64,000 nt of DNA from positions 7,622 to 71,621 of the forward strand of contig JBGCFS010000044.1 in NCBI GenBank assembly GCA_045107035.1. Reading direction: 5' to 3'. The translations under genes were made by a program, and so were the position numbers. The DNA is from Hyphomicrobiales bacterium. Its GTDB lineage: Bacteria > Pseudomonadota > Alphaproteobacteria > Rhizobiales > GCA-2746425. Of this stretch, positions 29,864-38,438 are shown one piece after another. Under the pieces are notes generated by a model. It had not been told where the DNA came from, made no database searches, and saw only the letters and a program-made list of their open reading frames with translations. Each line of letters begins with the position of its first letter. Position 1 is the first letter of the stretch.

Positions 29864-30669
29864 TCAAGAAGACCCAGCATGCGTTCTGCGTTTTTATAGC
29901 CAATATTCTCAGCCAGCGTCTTGGGTAAGCTTGCAAGCCATCCTCTGGAAAATTGTGCATGCTGTCCAATGTAATACCATCGCTCTGGGGCAAACGTATC
30001 TGTCCCGATCATAAAGCGCTTTGGGTGTTGTTCGAAGGCTTTCTGCCATTCTGGATCAACTTGACTGTTACTTGCCTGATCAGAACGAAACGCCAAATCA
30101 CTCCATAAATTTGGATGTCGAGACAGCAATTCAGTTACCTCAGATGGTCTGTCAAAACCAGAATGTGCCCAAAGAACCCGGGCATCAGGAAATGTTTTGA
30201 AAATGCGCTCAATTGCATCAGCATCAGAATGAGCATGGAGCAGTAGATCATATTCTTTGGCTAGAGCTATCATGCGTTGCAACACCGGCGTTTCAATGTC
30301 ATCCCCATAAGCGTGAAACTCGCCCAGAGCACGGTATTTGTATTTCGCCAGCCGCCCTTCAACATAGTCGATGACTGTGAGGTCGTGCATCCAAGTGCCT
30401 ATTTCGCCACGGCGCCGATAGGGACGCAACGCTGGCACTACAATTTCGGGTGCGGCCGCAACAAGTTTTTGAGTGCCGTCATCATCTGAACTTGAAACGA
30501 GCGCCTTGGAAACCCCTGCTTCACGCAGAAGTCGGGCTGCCTCTTCCGGTGGCACCTGGATCACAGCATCATGACTGTAGTGAATGTGAGCATCGAAAAG
30601 CGGCAGATCCTCCGCAAAGGCCTGTGTTGTAAGGCACGCAAAAATTGCCGCTACTGAAACTAATTTCAT
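29860..30669 (-). CDS. Secreted amidohydrolase-superfamily (TIM-barrel) metalloprotein
   Basis: Signal peptide MKLVSVAAIFACLTTQAFA; DAHIHY (HxH), LHAH, WAHSG, GTD metal-ligand pattern. Confidence 0.8.
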   Translation of the reverse strand: MKLVSVAAIFACLTTQAFAEDLPLFDAHIHYSHDAVIQVPPEEAARLLREAGVSKALVSSSDDDGTQKLVAAAPEIVVPALRPYRRRGEIGTWMHDLTVIDYVEGRLAKYKYRALGEFHAYGDDIETPVLQRMIALAKEYDLLLHAHSDADAIERIFKTFPDARVLWAHSGFDRPSEVTELLSRHPNLWSDLAFRSDQASNSQVDPEWQKAFEQHPKRFMIGTDTFAPERWYYIGQHAQFSRGWLASLPKTLAENIGYKNAERMLGLLE

Positions 30670-30798
30670 GAGTTTACTCCCAAATACCTATTAGAAGGTA
30701 TGGAGCATCGCAGTCTTTCGTCAACTCCATAAGCCACGAGCTTTTGTCCCGATGTCAATTAGAACGGACTAAGGCCATACTGATCAGCCAAACGGCTT

Positions 30799-31626
30799 CT
30801 ATTTCCGCGCTTTCAGTGCGCGAATTGCATCTATGACGGCCTCCGGAAGTGCTGTTCCGGCACCCACTGGCGCTGCATCCAAAGCGCTACGCACGTCCTT
30901 TTCCAAAATGCCAATTGTATTATCCAAAGCATACCCATCGCGGGCAAATTCAATGTCGTTAAAGCCGCTAGCCAACCAGTTTTGCCCGGAACTTTTCTCA
31001 ACAAGTGCCAACAGTTTTTGCTCTTCAAGACCCAGATCATCAGCCCAGTCCAGAACCAGCCTTGTCATAGCTGTTGATGATGCCGCTAGAAGGTTGTTCA
31101 GCACTTTTGCCGTCATACCAGCGCCAAACGGACCCATTCTATGAAACGACCTACCCATGGCATCAAACAATGGCTGCAGAACATCCAAATCTGCTTTCGA
31201 ACCACCAAGCATGAATGAAAGGCGCTTTTCCTTGGCTGCAATGACTGCGCCCGACATGGGGGCATCTACCAATTTCATATGGCTTGGAACACGGTCCTTC
31301 AACGATTTCACATAGACTGGGGACAAAGTAGAACTGACGACAATGTATTTAAGATTTTCTGCACGTGAGACAAAGCTTTGCTGGCCAAACAACACTTCGT
31401 CCGTTTGTTCAATATCCCTCACAACAGTAATCAGAACTGTGAGATTTTTTGAAAAAATATCAGGATCATTGGTCATGGCACCGGCAAAAGAATCGTAACT
31501 CGAGGGGTCCTTAATATCGAACCCGGATGCTTCAAAGCCGCTCACTCGCAATGCCTCCAACATGGGTTTTCCCATGCGCCCGCAACCAGCTACTCCAAGC
31601 TTTGATAGTGTGTTTGAACCATCCAT
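30799..31626 (-). CDS. NAD(P)-dependent oxidoreductase (beta-hydroxyacid dehydrogenase family)
   Basis: GCGRMG Rossmann motif, VDAPMSG, KVLNN. Confidence 0.85.
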   Translation of the reverse strand: MDGSNTLSKLGVAGCGRMGKPMLEALRVSGFEASGFDIKDPSSYDSFAGAMTNDPDIFSKNLTVLITVVRDIEQTDEVLFGQQSFVSRAENLKYIVVSSTLSPVYVKSLKDRVPSHMKLVDAPMSGAVIAAKEKRLSFMLGGSKADLDVLQPLFDAMGRSFHRMGPFGAGMTAKVLNNLLAASSTAMTRLVLDWADDLGLEEQKLLALVEKSSGQNWLASGFNDIEFARDGYALDNTIGILEKDVRSALDAAPVGAGTALPEAVIDAIRALKARK

Positions 31627-31846
31627 GCTGTATTCCTAAAAACCCATTTAATATTGGCTACTTAGCCAAAATATACACCAAATTACCTACAGATTTTCCT
31701 ACCAAAATCTTCAAATATTCTATTCATTTTAAGCCCATCTGTATGCTCTAGGGGCATAAATTTTGAGCACCTGTATTTTCGCTCAATAGATCGAAAATAG
31801 CGATGGACTTCTCCAACTGATCAATCGGGCCAGATTGTCACACCAC

Positions 31847-31872
31847 TGAACCACTTCCCAAATCACCTCGTA
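31847..31872 (+). promoter_or_regulatory. Possible ECF-sigma promoter for fasciclin
   Basis: TGAACC-N16-CGTA about 80 nt upstream of the ATG; ECF-like -35/-10 architecture. Confidence 0.3.
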
Positions 31873-31950
31873 GGAAGGGTCAATGAGGGCGCAATAGAAA
31901 CAGCAGCCTCTTGTTGGTTATGAGTAAATAATTCCTTTGGAGAGACACCC

Positions 31951-32439
31951 ATGAAAAAAACTATTCTTGGCGCAGTAGCGGCACTTGCTTTCACTGTATC
32001 TGGTGCACAGGCGAACAATATTGTTGAAACTGCACAATCTGCTGGACAGTTCAAAACTCTTTTGGCCGCAGCATCTGCCGCCGGCCTTGCTGATGCCTTG
32101 GCAAATGGCGACAATCTGACAGTGTTTGCGCCATCAGATGCTGCTTTCGCAGCACTCCCAGCCGGCACAGTTGAAACTCTTTTGAAACCAGAAAACAAAG
32201 ACCAATTGGTCGCGGTGCTGACTTATCATGTTCTACCGCGCGAACTGACCTCCAATATGCTGCCGGGGCGTACCATTCATGTGCGCACGATCAAAGGTTC
32301 CGGCGATAAATTGCTGGCTGTGACAAAAGATCACGATGGTCGCGTAACAATAGATGGAGCCAATGTGGTGACCGCAGATATTTCTGCGTCCAATGGCGTG
32401 ATTCACGTGATCGACAAAGTCATGCTGCCAAGCAACTAG
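31951..32439 (+). CDS. Fasciclin (FAS1) domain protein
   Basis: Signal peptide; LTVFAPSDAAF (H1), VLTYHV, ASNGVIHVIDKV (H2). Confidence 0.92.
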   Translation: MKKTILGAVAALAFTVSGAQANNIVETAQSAGQFKTLLAAASAAGLADALANGDNLTVFAPSDAAFAALPAGTVETLLKPENKDQLVAVLTYHVLPRELTSNMLPGRTIHVRTIKGSGDKLLAVTKDHDGRVTIDGANVVTADISASNGVIHVIDKVMLPSN

Positions 32440-32457
32440 GCGAGTTACAAATAAATT

Positions 32458-32483
32458 CGGGCGCATATTTGCGCCCGTTTTTT
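32458..32483 (+). terminator. Intrinsic terminator after fasciclin
   Basis: CGGGCGCA-TATT-TGCGCCCG followed by TTTTT. Confidence 0.75.
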
Positions 32484-32537
32484 AAGAATTTCGCGCCTAC
32501 CGAAAGCCGCACATGATCAAATGATTTGCCTGAGACG

Positions 32538-32723
32538 TCATCCTCGTGGGCAGGACCAATTCGCATAACCCCCAGAGCGACAAAACACACCGGACGATAT
32601 ACGCGCCGTCTCTATTTTCATTTCTGGCTCTATAAATGCAATGACCAGATTACTTGACGTTGCCATCAATCCATATTGGCCCAAAACAACAGCAACCATC
32701 AGTCCTAAAATCGGAAATTTCAT
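32538..32723 (-). CDS. Possible small secreted/membrane protein (61 aa)
   Basis: MKFPILGLMVAVVLGQYGLMA... signal-like N-terminus, GGGGA RBS, two C-terminal Cys; co-oriented downstream of the GT2. Confidence 0.35.
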   Translation of the reverse strand: MKFPILGLMVAVVLGQYGLMATSSNLVIAFIEPEMKIETARISSGVFCRSGGYANWSCPRG

Positions 32724-32870
32724 GCCTGTCCCCAACACACATTTCTAAGACAACAATCCGATCGTTGCCTGCGTATGTTTTACAGGGCAGGTCTAAGCAT
32801 CGAACTAAATGCAATCTTAGGATTTAGCTCAAAATGTTAGGGATTTGTTTGGCATACCCGCGCTGATTTT

Positions 32871-34673
32871 TTAGCCTGCTTCGAGCATGTCTTTATTCGA
32901 TGTGTACAAAGATATGGACAATAAGGATTCAAGCGTAAAATAGGACCGCAACGCCCGGAACAGAACGTATTCAGGCAGATACAGCAACGCTCGTGGTCGT
33001 GCATTCAATAGACACGCGAAGACGGCCATTAGAGCGGGCATACCAATGATGACTGCCAAAATGGCTTGCCAGACAAGCGCGCTGGCGCTGTCGAAATTGG
33101 TCAGATATTCGATCAGGCCAAAACACACCAAAGGCAACATCATCGCGCGGCGCGCAGAATTGATCAGCATAAAGGGCAACATCAGTTTGCCGCGCACAGA
33201 TGGCCACCAACGCTCCAGATAATCCGCATTACGTGAACTCACATGATAGACGGAACGAAACCAGCGCATGCGTTGCTCCCGCAAATGCTTAAAACTGGCA
33301 GGAACTTCAGACACAAAACGTACATTGGGATCAATTTTGACGCGATATCCAAGCTCACCAATTGCCAGTGACATGTCTGTATCTTCGCCATTCATTCCTT
33401 TGGCAAAGCCACCGTTTTTGCGAGGCAATTCTGTGCGATAGACGGCAAACATGCCAGCAACGCCCACAACTGCGCGTATCGGATAGAGAGCGACCTGATA
33501 AAAGCCATGCTTCAACAAGGTTTCAACCTGTCGAGCCCTATCGAATTGTCCGGTTTCTGGCACTAGCGGCAATCCCCCAACGACACCGACATTCGGATTT
33601 TTGAAATGTCTCATGGCGCGCAGTAATGCATCCGGTTCAATTTGCGTATCCGCATCAATACGCACAAAAAACTCAGTCGCCACCAGAGACAGACCGTGGT
33701 TCAGAGCGTTTGACTTACCCGGTGCCGGGACATCGACTACACGTCCGGTAGCTGAACGGCATGCGGAAAGCGCGAGACGAGCGATGGCCGCCGTAGCATC
33801 TGTGGAATTGTTGTTGAGAAGCAGAATGGTTACGGGCGCTCCGTAATCCCTCACCGCCCTATCAATATTGGCGATGGTCTCTCGCAGAATATGAGCTTCA
33901 TTATGTGCAGGAATAATGATGGTCAATGGAACCCGAAAATCGGCTCTGCTAACAACGAGCAACGCAATGCGTCCTATGACATAGAGAGTTCCGAAAAATA
34001 GTGGAAAGAACAAAATTACACCCGGCCCTATACCGCCTAAAAGTGCCAATTGTCGCAGGTCCATAATACGACCGGGTGTGACAAAGGAAATCCAAGCCGC
34101 TAGCAAGGCAGACGTAACGATGACCAATAACAATAAAAGTATCGGGGTCAAAACCGAGTGGTTTTCGTATGGCGCATCACGGCGTAACGGCATACGGCCC
34201 AGTTGCAACAACCCACTGGAAAATATGTGAAAACCAATGACACCGCTCACTATTTCAATGAGAGAAAGCGGATACAGAAAGCCAAAAAAAGCATAATTTG
34301 CGATGTTGAAAACATCGAAGAGTGCGCAGTAAAGAACGAAGCGGATGGAGTTATAAATTGCAAAACGCATTCGTTGCAGCGCGCTGCCTGCGGAAAACAC
34401 TGAAAAAGATAAAATGAAGCTCAGGACAAACAGACGTACCGGGATGGAATGCGAGCCTGTGTAAGGCGAAAAAATAATATCATCATTCGGAAAGCGCTCG
34501 TTGAGAAACGACACCTGATTGACGATGTACAATAACCCATAACTGAGCAAACAGAATAGGATGATCACACACGGAGTTCGCCACAATGGAACTTCTACCG
34601 ACAGGCCAGGCGGCGCGCTGTCTGTTGACCAAAAATCCTTATGCAGAAAACTATCAGTGAGGTGCAAAGCCAT
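32871..34673 (-). CDS. Processive membrane GT2 polysaccharide synthase (PgaC/IcaA/BcsA-like)
   Basis: IIIPAHNE, NNNSTD, GKSNALN, IDAD (DxD), GEDTD, QRMRW (QxxRW); about 240 aa hydrophobic N-terminal region and C-terminal TM helices. Confidence 0.88.
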   Translation of the reverse strand: MALHLTDSFLHKDFWSTDSAPPGLSVEVPLWRTPCVIILFCLLSYGLLYIVNQVSFLNERFPNDDIIFSPYTGSHSIPVRLFVLSFILSFSVFSAGSALQRMRFAIYNSIRFVLYCALFDVFNIANYAFFGFLYPLSLIEIVSGVIGFHIFSSGLLQLGRMPLRRDAPYENHSVLTPILLLLLVIVTSALLAAWISFVTPGRIMDLRQLALLGGIGPGVILFFPLFFGTLYVIGRIALLVVSRADFRVPLTIIIPAHNEAHILRETIANIDRAVRDYGAPVTILLLNNNSTDATAAIARLALSACRSATGRVVDVPAPGKSNALNHGLSLVATEFFVRIDADTQIEPDALLRAMRHFKNPNVGVVGGLPLVPETGQFDRARQVETLLKHGFYQVALYPIRAVVGVAGMFAVYRTELPRKNGGFAKGMNGEDTDMSLAIGELGYRVKIDPNVRFVSEVPASFKHLREQRMRWFRSVYHVSSRNADYLERWWPSVRGKLMLPFMLINSARRAMMLPLVCFGLIEYLTNFDSASALVWQAILAVIIGMPALMAVFACLLNARPRALLYLPEYVLFRALRSYFTLESLLSISLYTSNKDMLEAG

Positions 34674-34689
34674 GGGTTACATCACCACT

Positions 34690-36393
34690 TCACGCTTCAA
34701 TCAGAAGAAAAACGGCATTCTCCGGCATTGATATGGTTTCGCTCGCAATAAGCTTTGGCGTCAGTGGCACAATTTTGAATGAGCTTTTCCCTGTACCGCT
34801 GATCGTGTCTTGACTGACAAGCCAAAAATTCTTCGTGGCATTGGCAAGTGGTAATGCCTTGAGGCGTTCTTCCAGAGCGGCTTTTGTTAGCACCTCAATT
34901 TTTGCCGCTTCCGATGGTTCGTCGTCGGTAACACTTACAGCGGCTTCTGTGGGTAAAATATATGCCAACAAATCAGCTGACAATGCAGCTTGAGTTGGCG
35001 TTACAGCATGTTCTGCATTCAGAATTATGCCGTTACTTTGCGCCAAAATTTCTATAAGATAGGCAGGCACATTCAGATCCAAGATTGCTTTGCCGTCCAG
35101 CTTGCTTTCCGGCAATAGCTGGGCCGTCAACTCCAGTCCTGGATCGCATCCAGCGTTGCTGCCTTGCGTCGTAGCCAAATCAATTGTGATCACATTTTCA
35201 ACTTGTGTCAGTGCGTGTGGCAACGGTATCGCCTTGATAAACGTATCAAGCTCACTTTCAAGTCGATCACTGCTCAGCAAAGAAGTATTGAACCTGACAT
35301 TGATCAACCATTCTTCACCCAATTGTTGCTTTGCCAATTTTAATGCCAGATTCAACCTTTTTGGCGCTTGGCCTCCATCCAAATCAGCCAAGTTGTAATT
35401 TACCCGCCAGCGATTGCTGCGAAAGAAACTTTGCGCATTCGTTTCAGTGATGAGAGCATATTCATCCGATGTCCCACGGCTATCAGATCGTGAAATCAGA
35501 TCAGACACGCGAACAGGAGCGGCTCCAGCGAGAAGCGTTCCCACCCCATTCGGATCTCTTACTGAAAACGTTGCTGTCGTGGGTTCAAAAGCAAACACTA
35601 AATCCTGCTCACGATTGACCACGAGGGTAGAAGGGTTTTCGATAGGTACAGCGGAAACAATGGTTGGCTCAGATTCTAAAACGGTGACAAAATTTGCCGC
35701 AATATCTGACTGGCGCAAACGTGCTGCCAAGAGCAGTGCATCCGCAAGGTCTTGACCAGTATTTTTCTGGATAAGTGGTATTTGAGGTGCGGGTGCACTG
35801 ACTAACCAAAGATCATGAGGATCTGTTAACGGCCCACTATGCGCCAATTGCACCCCGCTGCTAGGTAACAGATCAACAATCGCGCCTCTTGCTGGCCTGC
35901 TTGGGCAACTGCCATGAAATATATCACCCTGTGCTGATAGCGACACCGTTACGTTTGAGCGAGCAAGATCCTCGGGCGATAAGCCGAGTAGTAGGGTTTT
36001 TTGTTCTTGACCCTGATTGAGCACCACCTCTGCGCGGCGCACGTCATTTACAGCCACACGTAGCGAACCCACTCCGCCTTGAGCTAACTGGGAATGCAAT
36101 TGCAAACGTAATCTAGCAGCGACCAAATCGGCGTTTTGAGGCAAAGGAAAACTGTATTTTGCAAAAGAGGGGAAGCCAGACAATGCTTGCCAACTATCGT
36201 CTCGCATCTCAATGGTGGTAGTATGTTCAAACTGACTAGCCCAATCGTGCGAGCTGCTAGAGCCTTTCTCATTGGACAGCGAGCTGGTGCCAACTAGCTG
36301 ACGTGTCTGCTCAACAAAAGACGGGTGTTGAGACACAACCAAAGCAAGGCTAATAAGAGCAAAGGCAAATGCCAAAAGTACAAAAAGACGCAT
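34690..36393 (-). CDS. BcsB-like periplasmic protein (putative co-polymerase)
   Basis: N-terminal hydrophobic anchor; two repeats of a beta-rich module (FPLPQ...ARLRLQL...LRVAVND and YNLADL...RLNLAL...INVRFNTSLL), each followed by an alpha/beta segment, as in BcsB; 16 nt gap to the GT2. Confidence 0.6.
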   Translation of the reverse strand: MRLFVLLAFAFALISLALVVSQHPSFVEQTRQLVGTSSLSNEKGSSSSHDWASQFEHTTTIEMRDDSWQALSGFPSFAKYSFPLPQNADLVAARLRLQLHSQLAQGGVGSLRVAVNDVRRAEVVLNQGQEQKTLLLGLSPEDLARSNVTVSLSAQGDIFHGSCPSRPARGAIVDLLPSSGVQLAHSGPLTDPHDLWLVSAPAPQIPLIQKNTGQDLADALLLAARLRQSDIAANFVTVLESEPTIVSAVPIENPSTLVVNREQDLVFAFEPTTATFSVRDPNGVGTLLAGAAPVRVSDLISRSDSRGTSDEYALITETNAQSFFRSNRWRVNYNLADLDGGQAPKRLNLALKLAKQQLGEEWLINVRFNTSLLSSDRLESELDTFIKAIPLPHALTQVENVITIDLATTQGSNAGCDPGLELTAQLLPESKLDGKAILDLNVPAYLIEILAQSNGIILNAEHAVTPTQAALSADLLAYILPTEAAVSVTDDEPSEAAKIEVLTKAALEERLKALPLANATKNFWLVSQDTISGTGKSSFKIVPLTPKLIASETISMPENAVFLLIEA

Positions 36394-36493
36394 AACTAAA
36401 AACCTTTATCGCCCCAATACTGGCGATCTTTTAAAAAATTCGGATGCCTGCCCCACTGCACATCCAATAAATATTTGACGCGTCAAGGCACGC

Positions 36494-37735
36494 CTAAATA
36501 TTCCGAGACTCTGATAACTCAGTCGCACTTTGTGGCGTTTCAGAAAGCGTATCGCCACGTTGCGCAACCCATTCAGACGTACTTGGAATGACAGAAAGAT
36601 CGCAGCGATCGCGGTAGATGTCACAAATCTCCATGGTCTCCTGCAGCAGCCCGTCTTTAAGCAAAATCGGGCTCAGGCCCAGTTCCAAAAAGGAATTGTT
36701 ACTTGCACTCAATTCATTTTCTTCTTGCTCAATTCGAGGATTGCGCACGCTCGCAATTTGCGCACCAGTTATGCCTGCCACAATGTCCGCTAAGTCACGA
36801 ACGCGATGGCACTCTGAAATTTGATTTCTAATACTCACCCGATTACCCGCTGTTGGCGGATCGCCAATGGCCAGTGCAATGCATCGAACAGTATCTTGTA
36901 TATGAATAAACGCTCTGGTTTGGCCTCCAGATCCATAAACACTCAAGGGGTAGCCAATAGCTGCCTGCACAAGAAAGCGGTTTAAGACTGTTCCATAATC
37001 GCCGTCGTAGTCGAAGCGATTTATGAGGCGCTCGTCCAGCCGTGTTTCTTCAGTTTGTGTGCCCCAAACAATGCCTTGATGCAGATCTGTAATTCGTAAT
37101 TTGTCGTTCTTGGCATAAAACTGGAACAGAAGCTGATCCAATGATTTGGTTAGGTGATAAACGCTACCTGGATTGGTGGGATACAGAATTTCGCGCTCCT
37201 CAGAGCTTCCGTCTTCCATGCGGATGCCCACATTGAGGTACCCTTCCGGGAGAGTTGCTCCCGGAGTGTCATAACCGTAGACACCCATGGTTCCCAGATG
37301 AATAATATGAGGGTCAGTGCCAGTTTCAACCGCTGCCACCAACAAATTGTGTGTGGCCTGTAAATTATTGTCCACTGTATAACGTTTTTGCCGCGGCCCT
37401 TTCATGGAATAGGGCGCTGCCCTTTGTTCCGCAAAATGCACGATAGAAGCAGGCTTTAAACTGCGCAGTAACTCGGTCAATGCCACATGTTCATGTGCAA
37501 GATCGATATTATAGAATGCAATCGAATTACCGCTGATTTCGCGCCACGCTTTTATGCGCGTTGCCATGTCTGCAATCGGTGTCAGACTATTTGTAGCTAA
37601 CTCTTCATCAATTTCTCGCCGTGAGAGATTGTCAACAATGCTTACATCATATCCGAGGTTTGAAAGGTGAAGAGCAGTTGGCCATCCGCAAAAGCCATCA
37701 CCACCAAAAACTAAAATTGATTCAGCAGAACTCAT
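36494..37735 (-). CDS. sqdB: UDP-sulfoquinovose synthase
   Basis: GGDGFCGWPTALHLS, VHFAEQRAAPYSM, HLGTMGVYG, PGSVYHLTK, TDLHQGIVWG, DYDGDYGTVLNRF, GQTRAFIHIQD: the SqdB/SQD1/Agl3 signature set. Confidence 0.93.
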   Translation of the reverse strand: MSSAESILVFGGDGFCGWPTALHLSNLGYDVSIVDNLSRREIDEELATNSLTPIADMATRIKAWREISGNSIAFYNIDLAHEHVALTELLRSLKPASIVHFAEQRAAPYSMKGPRQKRYTVDNNLQATHNLLVAAVETGTDPHIIHLGTMGVYGYDTPGATLPEGYLNVGIRMEDGSSEEREILYPTNPGSVYHLTKSLDQLLFQFYAKNDKLRITDLHQGIVWGTQTEETRLDERLINRFDYDGDYGTVLNRFLVQAAIGYPLSVYGSGGQTRAFIHIQDTVRCIALAIGDPPTAGNRVSIRNQISECHRVRDLADIVAGITGAQIASVRNPRIEQEENELSASNNSFLELGLSPILLKDGLLQETMEICDIYRDRCDLSVIPSTSEWVAQRGDTLSETPQSATELSESRNI

Positions 37736-38438
37736 AATGCGCCCGCCCAGAAAAATAATTACGTAAAGGTCAATAATTCACCTCTACATCAGCACCACCA
37801 AATTTCACAAGGTAGAAAATCACAAGGACAAATAAACTAGAGATAATTAAGGCGAATTCTATCAAAAATTGTATCTGATTGACCCTTAAGGTGAATTTTT
37901 CCAACTGAGATGAGTAAATATCTTCAAGTGAGATTATTTTTGTAATCAGCAGAAAATTTCAGGTGAGTGCCGCTTCACATTCTGAATATACGCCCAGAAA
38001 AAAGTTTAAATATATAAACGACTTATAATTATTTTTGAACCGGTTTCCGTTTCGAAAACGGTATGTTGTGGATACAAATTTACTCGAATTTTGAGCCTCA
38101 AAACGAGTGAATTTTTAAAAGAAAATTCGGAATTTGTTGCTGAAATGCAACACAAACGTGTAAGAAATCTGCCAACAACATGCGAACATATGTCGCCCCT
38201 CTAATGGCCTCCGTAAAAGTGCCAATGAATATGTTTCGAAGTCTCTTTGATCAAACAAACCTGTTGTGGAAACAAAGTAAGCATAGCTTCCAGCTTGGTG
38301 ATTTTTAGAAAAATTTACTGGGAAATGGGCACAAAAGTGTTCATCGTCACATGTTGGGCAATATGGTTTAAAGTCACGAAAGGCCAGAGTAGTGGAAGCC
38401 TCACCAAACCATTTGCGGAACAGTTCGTCTAAACCAGA

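Noticed and set aside
36494-37735. Calling the sqdB locus an ordinary sulfolipid (SQDG) operon
   Set aside because: No sqdC, sqdD or sqdX neighbours, and the adjacent GT has processive QxxRW features and a periplasmic partner. SQDG synthesis by genes elsewhere in the genome cannot be excluded.
37736-38438. Pho box upstream of sqdB
   Set aside because: No CTGTCA(T/C)-like half-sites at 11-bp spacing on the relevant strand; only scattered GTCAC words with wrong orientation and spacing.
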